DNA from: Cyanidioschyzon merolae
Taxonomy: Eukaryota
Strand: one strand, 5' to 3'
Length of the DNA: 64,000 nt
Assembly (NCBI GenBank): GCA_000091205.1
Contig: AP006490.2
The stretch's first letter is position 1; each line of letters begins with the position of its first letter. Positions 1-11,562 of the stretch are shown in pieces. The notes beneath the pieces were generated by a model. That model saw only the letters and a program-made list of their open reading frames with translations, was not told the DNA's origin and searched no databases. The translations under genes were made by a program, and so were the position numbers.

Positions 1-316
1 AGAGCGTCTACATCGCAAATTTCTGGAAGCACAGGCTTCGGGCCTCTTGTCCAAACTTGGCATGGAGCCTTGACACCCATCTGATCAATATGCTTCTCGC
101 ACCGAGACTGGTTTCATTCGCGAAGATGTAGACGTCGGGCTTACGATCTATCACGTACCATGAAAGTCTCCAGCGAGCGCTTGCTACGAAACAGCAGCGA
201 ATTTGGCGCCGCCGGTTACGTTCGCAGACAATCGCTCAGCGCCAAGGCCAGCAACGTTATCGATACCCAAACGCATTCGGCCCGACAAGCGAGCTGTCGC
301 GAAGGAACTGTACGTT

Positions 317-1237
317 TCAAAGCGAGCGGAAACGTTTCTGACTTGGCGTACGGCGCCGAGTGCGCAACCACTGCCAGTCCAGCGTTGGCAGAAGCGTGCA
401 CAAGGCATCTTCTAGTCGCGGTTGATGACCATGATCTAAACGCCACCAGTACTCGACGACGTTCCAAAACACGAGTGGTGACACCTGTGCCATTTTCGCT
501 GGTCGCAAATTCTCTCTATGTTCAGGAGGCATGCCGTAGACCTCCCGAATGATTTCCCGCAGCACATCCACAGGCAGACTGCGCACATGGGTGTCTTCGT
601 GCATTGCCGTGCGTGCGCCCATCTTGGGATACTGCACGATCCAAAAGCGAGACGCATTCCCGGAAGCACCAGTGTCAGCGTGGTCGGACTCCTCGCGTAC
701 CACGTGATATGAGCGTGCGAGTGCCGCTCGGTACCGATCCGCCGCTCGTACCTCCTGGTCGTGTTCAGTGCGCGCTTCACGCAGCGCTCTGCGAAACGCC
801 TGTGCTTCCCGAGCACTCCCCGCTGAGCCCGATAACGCGTTTACGAGTTGCGTTCCCAGTGCAGCAGTCGCCTCAGCGGGTTGAATCGCTGCATCCGTTG
901 CCAGTTGTTTCGCACCCCGGGTGCCAACAGGTCGCTTTCTATTTCTGGACGCAGTGTTCGTGTTCGTGCTCGGTCTTCGTCGATGGTGTGGCGTCTCAGG
1001 CACAGTGCTTTCCAGCAGAATCGTATCCAGGGGCTGAATATCCGCCGCAGTCTCCACTAACCGCGGTGGAACGCCAGCCCGCAGACGCTGACATGCAACG
1101 GGTACAGCGAACACCTGCTCAAGCCGCTGTCGCAGAGCCTCCAGACCGTGCTCGCCGGTCAAGTCGACCTCGTCGAGCACCTCCGCACGACCGGTACCCA
1201 CGTGCCGCACACATACACGAGCACAGTTGCGAGACAT
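317..1237 (-). CDS. hypothetical protein (306 aa ORF, no recognisable domain)
   Basis: Long GC-rich ORF on the minus strand. The overlapping plus-strand ORF is Pro/Arg-rich and looks spurious. No motif recognised. Confidence 0.3.
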   Translation of the reverse strand: MSRNCARVCVRHVGTGRAEVLDEVDLTGEHGLEALRQRLEQVFAVPVACQRLRAGVPPRLVETAADIQPLDTILLESTVPETPHHRRRPSTNTNTASRNRKRPVGTRGAKQLATDAAIQPAEATAALGTQLVNALSGSAGSAREAQAFRRALREARTEHDQEVRAADRYRAALARSYHVVREESDHADTGASGNASRFWIVQYPKMGARTAMHEDTHVRSLPVDVLREIIREVYGMPPEHRENLRPAKMAQVSPLVFWNVVEYWWRLDHGHQPRLEDALCTLLPTLDWQWLRTRRRTPSQKRFRSL

Positions 1238-1482
1238 AGACTAAGAAATGAGTGGCGATACGGAGTAGCCGGTCAGGGCGCCACACGGACCATTGGTGCG
1301 TCAGCGTGTGGTCGATTTGCGGCCGCGTTCGTATCGCTGGTGTTGCGCTATGCGCCGACTCCAGGCTTTCGCTCGCTCCTTACTGGGCATTGTCGATACC
1401 TACATACGTACAGACGTACGAACAAATCGTAGACTCGGTGGAGTTGACGCGTTGACGGACTGGCGAACGACGGACGAGACGT

Positions 1483-2100
1483 ATGGCCTGTGCGCAAACC
1501 ATGTCTCTTTTGGTTGAAGACGAGGAGACCGGCCACGCTGACAAGGAAGGTCAAATCAGCGGGGCGCGTGTTCGGAAGGTGGTGCCAGCGCCCTGGTGTC
1601 GCAACCCGTTGGTCGAGATTCTGGTGATTTACAACGCCGACTCGACACTCGTGGGAGAGGTTCGATATTTTTTGCAAAAGGTGCTATTTCATAACTACTG
1701 CGCTGCTTGTGTGCTGACGCACGGACGGCGTAGCGAGAAGCCCGAGTGGGTCGCGCTCAAGTCCGGGCAGCACGACTGGGGTTCCAGGGTTCGCCTCCGG
1801 AACGTCCACCGAGACGAGATAGGACCAGAGGCCCGAAAGGTCGCCGGCAAACATCTGCCTTGTGTGCTGGGACGACTGGAGAACGGGTCGTACTTGTTGC
1901 TGCTCACGCGCGAGGAGCTCGAGCTCTGTAACGGCCACGTGGGCGGGTTCCGGGAGCGCCTCAGCGAAACCCTGGTCCGGCACGGTCTCTTTGTCTGGCT
2001 GGATGGCACTACAGGGGACGCGACCTTAACCAATGGTGCCTGCAAGATGGTCGCGGAGCACCTCGAGAATACGAATGCGACTGTAACGCATTCTCGATAG
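1483..2100 (+). CDS. hypothetical protein (205 aa)
   Basis: Uninterrupted ORF with plausible composition. No family recognised by eye. Confidence 0.3.
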   Translation: MACAQTMSLLVEDEETGHADKEGQISGARVRKVVPAPWCRNPLVEILVIYNADSTLVGEVRYFLQKVLFHNYCAACVLTHGRRSEKPEWVALKSGQHDWGSRVRLRNVHRDEIGPEARKVAGKHLPCVLGRLENGSYLLLLTREELELCNGHVGGFRERLSETLVRHGLFVWLDGTTGDATLTNGACKMVAEHLENTNATVTHSR

Positions 2101-2982
2101 GGATGCTAGTCTGTGGTATATTGGTTGTGTGTTTGAATTTCACTGCATCCGAGCAGAAGCTCCCGGATGCGTCCGTGTTACGGGCAACCAGGACAAAAAC
2201 CCGGATTCTTCCTCGAATGCTTCCACTGTTGACGGGCCCAGTAGAGTTTTCCGGTAAGGAGCAGACAGCGGCGACATGCCGGCACCGTCCGCGTGCCGGC
2301 CTGAGCGCAAAACTCGCATCCAGACCGAACCGTTTTTGGCGGTAAGATGCGGATGTTTGCCCGATGCAAGGTACGGTTGCATGCCCCTTGAAGTGCTTTC
2401 TCGTGCGAATGCCACATTTATGTTCGTGAACACGATTGCTCATCATGTTGTTGGATACGGAGATCGATATAGCAATCAGACAGGAAGGATCCATACGAAC
2501 GGCCTGCGCGGTGCATTTGAAATCTCTTTTTTCAATCCATTATCGGCGTTGTTTGAACGCCGCCCCATACCACGCTGATTTAGCTGCTCCTTAAACCCCA
2601 GAGTACCTCAATTGTGGACCCGCTCTTGCAGTGAACGCTGGCGCACCTATTCTTGCGGTAGTCATTCGACCGCGGCGCTGAACAACGTTCCGAATGGCGC
2701 AGCGTGCCACGCCCGTGATAACTCCCGCTTCTGGGGTTCTGTGCAGTCCTGGGGCTCCCAGACTCGTAGCGTATTATTCTTGTCTATGCACGGCGGGTCC
2801 GGGTTCCCGTGCGCATCCCAGGATATTGCACTGGTTTGACGCTTGGGAACGTGTGCTCCCGACGCAAGGCGCCTCAGACTCGCATCGACTCGGTTTACGG
2901 CAGGGGCTCCTGCGCAAAGCCTTCATGCTTCGATACGCAACGATCTTGACACTTCGAAGCGCTATGATGAGCGAAGCACCCG

Positions 2983-3309
2983 TTGTACGCAGTTTTGCTG
3001 CGTCGTTCCGTGCAGGCCTCTGACGCACCTGTTTGCGTAGCAGCGGTCAAACGTGGAACGTCAGCAGACGAAAACTGCCCTGACGCATCGATTATACGCA
3101 GTTTTGCTGCGTCGTTCCGTGCAGGCCTCTGACGCACCTGTTTGCATAGCAGCGGTCAAACGTGGAACGTCAGCAGACGAAAACTGCCCTGACGCATCCA
3201 TTGTACGCAGTTTTGCTGCGTCGTTCCGTGCAGGCCTCTGACGCACCTGTTTGCATAGCAGCGGTCAAACGTGGAACGTCAGCAAACGAAAACTGCCCAG
3301 TATCAAGCC
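2983..3309. repeat. Tandem repeat, 109-bp unit x3 (copies start 2983, 3092, 3201)
   Basis: Direct inspection shows the unit ttgtacgcagttttgctgcgtcgttccgtgcaggcctctgacgcacctgtttgc(g/a)tagcagcggtcaaacgtggaacgtcagcagacgaaaactgccctgacgcatc repeated with only a few substitutions. The six-frame ORFs repeat the peptide RSFAASFRAGL. Confidence 0.9.
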
Positions 3310-3438
3310 TCGCCACCCCGCGAGCCAGGCCATCGGCGCAGTGGGCAAGCGCGCAGCAGCGGCAACTGGAACGATCGGCATGGCGCAGTGAAGTCTTTAT
3401 ATACAAATTTTGTGGAACGTTCATAGCGAGTTCCTGTT

Positions 3439-3571
3439 TCTCGCGTGGTCTAGTGACCGCATCGAGCGACTAGATGTTAGCGTCAAATCGCGTCTGCCTG
3501 AAGCAGACCTTGACAACTCAGATGCCTGGCTTTCACCCAGGAGATCGCGGGTTCGAACCCCGCCGCGAGAA
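3439..3571 (+). tRNA. tRNA-Glu(TTC)-like gene with an approximately 60-nt insertion in the D-loop (non-canonical intron position)
   Basis: The 5' part TCTCGCG-TG-GTCT-AGTGAC matches a eukaryotic tRNA-Glu acceptor stem and D-stem start. After about 62 nt comes AGAT-G, which closes the D-stem. Then follow the anticodon arm CCTGG-CTTTCAC-CCAGG (anticodon TTC), variable loop AGATC, T-arm GCGGG-TTCGAAC-CCCGC, and the 3' acceptor strand CGCGAGA, which pairs perfectly with the 5' TCTCGCG, plus discriminator A. Apart from the oversized D-loop all arms are canonical. Confidence 0.55.
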
Positions 3572-4515
3572 ACCCCTTTTGACATCTTTTCGAATTGGCA
3601 GCGTACTGAGCAAGCGGCTCCCGCGCCGCGTTGGACGTGAAAACGCGTCACCTAAAGAGGCTGCCATCTGTTGTGCATAGTGCAGACTCGTGTTTTGCGT
3701 CGATCTTGCTTTTTGATGCCTATGGATGTGTGGGCATGAGGCCAGCATCATCAACGCTTTACCGTTCCATGCGCGCAAGTTCACGAGATCTGTCCGGGGC
3801 CCAGACGTTGCGTCGCACAGGTACGGTGTGCGAACGGGTATTCGACACTGAATGTGCCGCAGCGACGAAGCGGGTATTGTCGGGCGGGTACCCGGCGAGC
3901 GCTCTACCTACCAGCGCAAGCGCACGAGGGGTGCAAGGAGCAGTGAGCGGGCCCGGCGTCACGTCAGTAACGACGTTGTACGCGAGCATTTGGGGTACAG
4001 GTGTGCCAGGCTGGTACCCGGAGGACGTGTTGTTAGCACGCTCACAATGCGTCCATGCGGAGAATCCGGGGAATCCTTTTCTGCCGCGCAGTGCTTTCAA
4101 TATGCGGGGTCATGCAACCGAGTCAGCGCGTGCATGTTTTCGATCGCGACGCGGGTGCGATTCACGCTGCTGTACCCAGTGGGACGCTCAGTTGCGGAAA
4201 TAGCGTGGAGTTGGTGTGCAATGCTGGGGCCTGGTTGCTCGTGATCCGTTTCGCTGCAACCTGATCATGGGTTCTCGCATGGGGTGGCGGATGGCATTGG
4301 TAGTGCCGTTTGTCGGCTGTGCGCTTGAGCGGGCAAAAAAAGAGCCGGTTGAGAGCGCTGTATGATAGCCGTTACACCACGCCGGATGTGGACGGGGCGA
4401 TTTCCGGCGCCGGGATGTTCGAGGTGTCCGATCGAACCCGGATCTCAGCGGCGCTTTGCCGGAGCTGTCAAGTATAAGCGTGAAATCCGTATATAAAGCC
4501 TTGTGAGGCTTTGGA

Positions 4516-5532
4516 TTGATCGATGCCAGTCGGCTGATGCCTTGGGCGCTACGGGGTGCTGCAGCTTGCCGGTGTCGAGGATTCCAGCCCAGTATTGCAG
4601 TCTTTATGTGGGTCACGAGTGCGTATGCTCGTGGAAACCGGTTTGCAAGGTTCTTCGGCAGGCCCCGTTCTGCAGGAACGTGCGTCAGCGGGAGAATGTG
4701 TTCCATGGAGGTGCCCGCTCCAGCACACTATTCCGGGAACGTCAGCGACGACTTGGTCGCTCTCGCGCGAAGGATCGCTTCGGCCGGGTCTCAGGTGGTT
4801 GCTCGGCACTTTCGCCGAAAGGATTCCTACGTATCTTATACGAAAAAGGACCGCAGTCCTGTAACTGAGATTGACCGACAGGCCGAAGAGGCCATGCGTG
4901 CGGTTATTCGACGTGACGCGCCCGCAGCGCTGCAGGGGGTTCTCGGCGAGGAGCTGTCCGACTCGGACGTCAACCCACGCACTGGAGGCTTTCTCTGGGT
5001 GCTGGATCCGATTGATGGAACCAAAGCTTTCATGTGTGGAAAACCGACTTTTGCTACCCTGGTGGCCCTGCTGCGAGACGGCGAGCCCGTTCTCGGTATC
5101 ATTGAGCAGCCGTTTCTTGGCGAGTGCTGGCTTGGTGTCCACGGGCGACCGACGCTATGGAACACCCAAGTTGCGCATACTAACCAAACAAATACTGAGT
5201 TGTCAGCTGCAATTCTAAGCGCAACAACACCGGCTATGTTCCAGCACGCAAACCGCGAACGTTTCTTCGAGGGACTGGCAGCAAAAGTTTGGCAGGTGGT
5301 TTATGGCTGTGATAGCTACGCGTATGGCCTGCTCGCTGCCGGGTTCATCGACATCGTTGCTGAGGCAGATTTGAAACCCTGGGACTACATGGCCTTGGTT
5401 CCGATCGTTACTGGTGCTGGAGGTATCATCACTGACTGGAATGGTCAGGCGTTAACAGTGGAAAGCGACGGCCGAGTGTTAGCAGCTGCAAACCCCGAAC
5501 TTCACCGAAAAGCGCTCACAGCATTGCAGTAA
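4516..5532 (+). CDS. Inositol monophosphatase-family protein (IMPase / histidinol-phosphatase-like). The likely true start is an internal Met near 4696 to 4705.
   Basis: IMPase-family motifs are present: EIDRQAEEAMRAVI, WVLDPIDGTKAF, YGCDSYAYGLLAAGFIDIVAEADLKPWDYMALVPIVTGAGGIITDWNG. The first 60 residues of the ORF are Cys/Arg-rich and unlike the family. Confidence 0.8.
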   Translation: MIDASRLMPWALRGAAACRCRGFQPSIAVFMWVTSAYARGNRFARFFGRPRSAGTCVSGRMCSMEVPAPAHYSGNVSDDLVALARRIASAGSQVVARHFRRKDSYVSYTKKDRSPVTEIDRQAEEAMRAVIRRDAPAALQGVLGEELSDSDVNPRTGGFLWVLDPIDGTKAFMCGKPTFATLVALLRDGEPVLGIIEQPFLGECWLGVHGRPTLWNTQVAHTNQTNTELSAAILSATTPAMFQHANRERFFEGLAAKVWQVVYGCDSYAYGLLAAGFIDIVAEADLKPWDYMALVPIVTGAGGIITDWNGQALTVESDGRVLAAANPELHRKALTALQ

Positions 5533-6299
5533 TCGTGGACGAGATGATCAGGCTGTTTGCAGTAATGCCCGCGTATTTCCTCAGGGCGCTCCGTACCGAT
5601 GGTGGCACCAATACAGGTACCTTGGAACCAGCATTCCACCTGCGTATCGGGGCGATTCCTGCTCGCTTTCAGAGTGCATTCTTTCGGTCGGTGTGCCTGC
5701 GTCGACGTGGTGCGGAAAAGCTGCGGTAGAGTTTGTTTTTGCGCGTGGTTCCGCTTGGTAGCATCGATTTATCCAGCCCCGGCAACTGAGCCGAGCTTAG
5801 CACGACAAGAGCATGCGCTCGCGCTTGTTCAGGGATATTCTGTGTACGCTCTAGGCGCTCTTTTTTTCTACATGGTAGAAACTCGAGTCCATGCGCCTCC
5901 AGCTGGTCGAGGTATCGCATGCACCTGCTGGTCTTGTTTTTGACCGCGAACCCGCCTCGCGCATCATTCGTACCGGTTTTATTCGGCTGTTGCTGCGCTT
6001 TGCAGAGAATTCCGGAACACCTGTACTAGCACGCCATTTTCTCTGGTAGGTATTCTATAGAAGAAATGTCTCTTGTAGATCGCGGGAAGATCGCGGAGAG
6101 ACTTGATGCATTCAACACATGCTCGAGACAAAAGGCCTTCATTCGATAGGTCTATGATTCTAACATCTGCAAGAGGATGAACCACGCTTGTCGTAGTCCT
6201 CATCCTGAACATCATGCACTAAAAGCAGGACTTGTGGCACTCTACGTATCAGAGCGTCTGCTCATTCATGCATTCCACACCGTAAGTAGTCTAAAAAGT

Positions 6300-6318
6300 C
6301 CCCCCCCCCCCCACCCCC
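6300..6318. repeat. poly(C) homopolymer tract (C11 A C5)
   Basis: Direct reading of the sequence. Confidence 0.9.
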
Positions 6319-8332
6319 AAAGAATCCATAAGATATAAAGTTTCCATACATTTGATTCGAAGGCTGACCAAGAGATGCGCATGGACATAGAATCATGTAC
6401 GCTTCTAACTGCGAATGTCGTGCGCTCAACAAAAATTCTGTCCATTCCGTACGGAAACCCGAACGCTCATTCCATTAGGAATTGATTTCGTCTCAGTCAG
6501 TGAAAGCCCATCCAGGAGAAACGATTCATCTCTAAATGGATACTATAAGAATACCCATGCAACGATGCTGGTGAAGAAGAGCTAAACGAGCACGACGAAG
6601 ATGCCATGCCAAGCAGCGGTACGGTCATGTGCTCGCCAACAAATCGGCAATCGGACAGAACGGATCTGCATTTCATCCTCTTTAAAAAAAGCTCTCTTCG
6701 CGGCTTCTCAATCCCGAATGCTTTTGGCCTGCACTCAGAAAACGTCGCTTTCCACCACACAAAAGCGATCAAGGAGTGCCTGGTTGAGACTGTGATTGAG
6801 CTGCTCTCCGTGGGAGCCCGGGTTCCGAGGTTCAGTCGAGTCAACGGCGTCTCCGCTGTTGACGAAAGCTCTGTTTCGGCTCACGGCTCATTCGACGAGT
6901 CGTTCGCATTCATGGCACCGAGAGCTGCCGGACGGCATTCGGGATGGTGTCGGTTCTTGCTCATGGGAGGCTCGGCGAGCTTCTCCCGCACTCCTGCAGC
7001 GTTTCGAGCATCCGAGGGTAGTAGTTCCGGAAGCGGTGATGTCAGTTGTCCGCATTCCTGTAGCATTTTTTCATCAAAACTTGGTGCAACAAGACAGCTG
7101 ATACTCGGGATCCAAGTCTAACACGGCCTCATCTTAGGATCAGAGATATGCACACACGCTTTCCGAAACCTCAAGAGAAGTAGCTGTACGTGGGTAATCA
7201 GAACGTCTACAGAGCAGGCGCCTGAAAGTATCCAACGAAACATTAAACCCGTATGCGGGTCAATGTCAATTGCTTCATGAAGCGCACCCTGTGGGCGTAG
7301 TACCCCCAACGTACCGGTCTTCGAAAAGCGAGTACTCATCACACAGGGGCCTTGGAATGTCCATGATGGCAAATGACGCGAGCGAGCATCGCCTCGGATC
7401 GTCCAGACCCATCGTGTAGCGCTTGGCTTCGGATCGACGAACGTTGTATCCAACGGATGGTGGGCGCGTCATGCCTGTCCTGCTTGCATCGTACGCTCCT
7501 ACGCTCTGCTGATTAGAGCTCTCCAGCACAGAGCAGACTCCATCCACGAATAGAAGAGGATAATCAATTAGAAACTGATACACAATATGACGGACGACAA
7601 GCCGCCCGGACTTGCGTTATCGAGACAATCGAATGCGAGATTCTCTCTACAGCGTGATCCTAGCAGCAAGCATGCGCACAAGCATTTCCTGAATCGAGAC
7701 TTGGGCGCCTCCAGCTGCATCTCAAAAAGCGTCGTGCTTCCGGAACGTGCAGCGGTATTGTTTCGAGCGAGCATCCCATGTAATGGTGTGGTACGCAGTG
7801 CGGGCAGCATCTGGAAACGCTCAAGACCTCCGTTTCGACCTAACCATTGGCCAGGAGTGCGGGTATTGGATTCTCGCCCGAAGCAAGGCACTCGTATGGC
7901 ACGGTCAGCGATCTAGCAAGGCTGCGATACCGTCCATATGGATCGTAAATAACTTTCCTGGGCTATTGGTGAACGATCGTGAAAGCCCATGATTCGATGC
8001 TACTTGGCATACTGCGCAGCCTCTGATGCGCGGCTCCCGGATCACTGGTGGAAAGATGGGTAGTAACGTCCATCGTTGCACATCCACAGGCATCTCTCTG
8101 TGTCTCTCTAATGCAAGACTCTTGGATTCCTGTTGAAAAAAAGGGCGTTGGCGTCTGTCGCTGTACAAAAACCGGCATCTCAGTGCGAGTGCCGCTGCCC
8201 TCAGACTGCTGCGACCGCGAGTCATCGCAGCGCCGCTCTGAACCTTGATCAGATGCTTTCACCAAGCGAACCCAGTGCTCTTTGCATCCGCCTTGTTAAA
8301 AAAAGGTCATCAGGGTTGGCACAACAAGTTCG

Positions 8333-9019
8333 TCACTCACCAAATGTGTTGGTTGCAGGGTGCGCGCTTCGCCACTGCTCGGCCCGCGGTGCGCTGAAAC
8401 ACGACGCGTTGCCCTCGACTTCCCCCAGGATACAACAACGCACGGCTATCCAGTCAGAAACTCGGTTATAATGGATCCAGCGAGCCTCCGAGGCGCCCTG
8501 TCCCGCCGCCTCAATAAGAACTGCCGCCAGTAGGTGCTTACATAACGATATGTCCGCACAGCTACACGAACAGCGTAGAGGGCACGATTCACACAGGTAG
8601 GGCGCCCCTGAAAGCGGTCGACCTGGTCGAACAAGCGCAAACCACTGAGCCTTAGTACAGTGCAGCGTGATGCGTTTTGATTCGCTCGCAGCGAGTTCCA
8701 GTGCTGCATCCAAGGTTGCCGCGTTGCAGCCACTCAGAACATAGAGCGCAACAAGCTGGTCGTTGGTTAGCGTGCCGCGACTTGCTCGAAGCTCTTCAAC
8801 GAGTCGATTGAAAAGCTCTTCCGTCCATAGTTCTGCTAAACGAGCTGCTGCGTCGTCGTCCAACCTGCTGTCTACGTCCATGACAACACAACAGAAAGGT
8901 GTGGGATTTTGAGATCTGACGTCAACGCGACGCGGTCTAGGCACCTCACCGTTGCAGCGAACGCGGCGCTTCCAGTCGTCAGAAGCAGCGTCTCGGAGCT
9001 CTATTTCTGAAACAAGCAA
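8333..9019 (-). CDS. SWIM-type zinc-finger protein, possibly SWS1/ZSWIM7-like (228 aa)
   Basis: CxCxnCxH signature: CPLRCSCSCADISLCKHLLAAV near the C-terminus. Small size fits ZSWIM7-like proteins. The rest is unrecognised. Confidence 0.45.
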   Translation of the reverse strand: MLVSEIELRDAASDDWKRRVRCNGEVPRPRRVDVRSQNPTPFCCVVMDVDSRLDDDAAARLAELWTEELFNRLVEELRASRGTLTNDQLVALYVLSGCNAATLDAALELAASESKRITLHCTKAQWFALVRPGRPLSGAPYLCESCPLRCSCSCADISLCKHLLAAVLIEAAGQGASEARWIHYNRVSDWIAVRCCILGEVEGNASCFSAPRAEQWRSAHPATNTFGE

Positions 9020-9523
9020 CGCAAGAGCTTTTAACTTTATTTAAAAACACTATCCGCCAGACAAATACGATGGTGTCAGCGAAGAACGCTGTACGCAGAT
9101 CATACAACGAGCGGTGGAGCCGGACGAAGCACACGAACGACACCGTCGTGAATCCAAGCAGGGGCACTGGTGCCGTTCGAGCCCCCGTGGATACCATCGA
9201 GGCTCCAACGCGTTGACGCGAAGCACGAAAGGTTGCGGAACGCGCTATGCCGCAAATATGGCACTGCCGTGTCTGCTGGCTTTCGATCAGCAAACAAAAG
9301 GTTCAGTTGTGTGCTCTGAGACGCAACTCATCAATCCAGTGCATCGGTTTTGGAACCTTTGATGTGCAGCGCAAAGCATATCGTAATGCAGAGCGGGTGT
9401 TTCAGAAACACGCTTGGCCTCGCCCGCGGCATCAATGGCCGGTGCGGACGCTTGTGATCCTTCCGTGCACATGTGCAACATTCCCAGAGATGCCCGCCAT
9501 ATACTGATGCCCATGAGCGTCGT

Positions 9524-9550
9524 AGCAGCAGCAGCAGCAGCAGCAGCAGC
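9524..9550. repeat. (AGC)9 trinucleotide microsatellite
   Basis: agcagcagcagcagcagcagcagcagc read directly. Confidence 0.85.
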
Positions 9551-10011
9551 TTCTACGCAAATGCCCCGATAACCTGCCAACACCGCCGTATTCGCAAGCG
9601 ATCATCGTCTGAACGAACAGTGATCTCCAAAGGCAAGTCTCGATGGTGGCGATGGTGATGCCGATGGCATTCGCGTACCCAAAGATCCCTGCTTCAGTGC
9701 TAGAATCTCGCACACCATAAGAAAAGCGAGCGAACATGATGCTCCACTGACGTCTCATGGCGAGCGCATACCGGTGTCGATCGCCGTGCACGAGCAGCAT
9801 CGGCCCCGGCAAGCGCACAACACGACGCACGACAAGCAAAGTCGCAGGCGTGCAAAAATGTAACGCAAAGGCGAACTCGCTCGTTCATCTGGGAGCATCT
9901 GGTTGCTCGCTTCAGCTCTAGACCATAAATAAAGCGCGAACACAAACACATAACGTACCCTTGATCATATCCAGTGAATCCGGGCAGGGCACACCACAAC
10001 AGCCTTCGACA

Positions 10012-11370
10012 TCAACCAAACGTATCATAGTCACGGTTTGCATTACGGTTCGATGACCAGAAGGGTGCGCGTTGCAGAGGTCGCCACCGCGTGCCAGCGG
10101 CTGCTTGTCGCACTGGTGATATCGCTCCTGCTGGTGTGTCGAGAAGCAGAGGCTCGCTCAGAATCGGACCGACGGCAACGTTCGCGCTCGCTTCGTGATC
10201 GCGCTCCAGCGCCTGACTCGCCTCAGTGGCAGCTTCGTTTTCAGTTCGATGAGCGGCCCGCTCTTCCCAGCGGTAAATACACAGGCCAATGAGGATCACG
10301 ACAAGGCCAACGAGGTCATACCAGTCGACGGGTTGCGCCTCATCGCCCATGAAAAATGACATGCAGAATGCAAAGCTCACCAGAGGGAGACGGAGCGTCA
10401 TCAGCATCGTATAGAGCGTTGCACCCCCGTGTTTGATCACCAGGATGCCGAATACATTATACAAGATGTTCGCAATCATATACAGAAGAACTGGGAGCCA
10501 TGCCCCCCGACAATGGTCGCACGGCGGCAGGGATGTGCCGTCGTCCCCGCGCTCTATTATGCAGTCGGTGCGAAGGACATCTTGACCGAGTAAGCACTTG
10601 ATTCCGTTCAGAAGAAGGCTAGGCAAGTCATGCAGTGGGACGCGGGCCGGTCCAAAAAGCCGCAGGGAATTCACCGGAATCAAAGAGAGCCCGATCAAGG
10701 ACTGATACCAGGCGATGTAGAACATGACTATGAACACGCTCATCTCTTGGCCGCGAAGGGCGTATTCCTTGTACACATGGGCTAGAGATTGCGGCAGTTG
10801 TGCAGCGAGAAACACCAAATTGAAGAACAGGAGGTCAACAGTGCCTGTGCTTGTGCTCCCGCTGCTGTGGATACCAATGAGCCGTGGCGTTAACACGACA
10901 AGTGCCCCTCCGATGATGACGCCCGCCGCAACAAACTGATGTACGACGTATCGCGTCCCGAGAATGCAAGCGGACCAAAACATGGTCATGGGGATGCTGG
11001 CCTGGACGAGGATCATTTGTGTTGTGCCGCGAGTGTAGACACCTCCGAGGACGGTGCAGATTCCTGCGATTGCCTCTAGGAGACCGACAAAAGCGAGCTT
11101 GAGCTGCGGCAGCTCCTCATCTTCCAATGGCGACGGCCGATCGAAAACGCGCTTGAAGAGCAGCACGAGGCCCAGGACTGGCAAGTAAATCCAGCTCGTG
11201 ACCTGCGATAGAAAATAGGGATAATTTGGCATGGTATTTGTCATACGCTTGAAGAACACAGCATTCCAAACCGAGAAAAAAAGCAGTGCCGATGCATAAA
11301 CGCCCAGAACGCTCTGCTTTAGCCATCGGTCCGCAGGCTGGGACGGTTTCCAACTCGAAGCGCTGCTCAT
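10012..11370 (-). CDS. CRT-like (chloroquine-resistance-transporter-like / CLT) drug-metabolite transporter superfamily membrane protein, 452 aa
   Basis: Several blocks align to PfCRT/CLT: FKRMTNTMPNYPYFLSQVTSWIY (compare [23 protein letters not shown]), ILVQASIPMTMFWSACILGTRYVVHQFVAAGVIIGGALV (compare VLQLSIPINMFF..ILRYRY...GAVIIVVTIALV), and CDHCRGAW (compare CDDCDGAW). Many hydrophobic helices. Confidence 0.85.
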   Translation of the reverse strand: MSSASSWKPSQPADRWLKQSVLGVYASALLFFSVWNAVFFKRMTNTMPNYPYFLSQVTSWIYLPVLGLVLLFKRVFDRPSPLEDEELPQLKLAFVGLLEAIAGICTVLGGVYTRGTTQMILVQASIPMTMFWSACILGTRYVVHQFVAAGVIIGGALVVLTPRLIGIHSSGSTSTGTVDLLFFNLVFLAAQLPQSLAHVYKEYALRGQEMSVFIVMFYIAWYQSLIGLSLIPVNSLRLFGPARVPLHDLPSLLLNGIKCLLGQDVLRTDCIIERGDDGTSLPPCDHCRGAWLPVLLYMIANILYNVFGILVIKHGGATLYTMLMTLRLPLVSFAFCMSFFMGDEAQPVDWYDLVGLVVILIGLCIYRWEERAAHRTENEAATEASQALERDHEASANVAVGPILSEPLLLDTPAGAISPVRQAAAGTRWRPLQRAPFWSSNRNANRDYDTFG

Positions 11371-11562
11371 ATTGCTCGCTTATCGCGTGCGCTACGCTGT
11401 CGACGGACAACGTACCAGGTTTTTTCGTCGTTCCAAACAGGTTCTGGATCTCGATGTGGTAACGCAATATCTTTGCCAGAATAAATACAGGACGCGTGTC
11501 CACGCAGCGCCTCCAGCTAAACGAAAGCGAGTTCCGGGCCCAGGTGCGTACGCCGCAGACGG

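Noticed and set aside
604-1239. 211-aa plus-strand ORF
   Set aside because: It is Pro/Arg/Cys-rich low-complexity sequence that fully overlaps, on the opposite strand, the more coding-like ORF at 317-1237. This is typical GC-rich antisense noise.
4400-4450. GGTTCGA / TCGAACCCGG motif that looked tRNA-like
   Set aside because: Surrounding sequence cannot be folded into acceptor, D and anticodon arms. It is an isolated T-loop-like string only.
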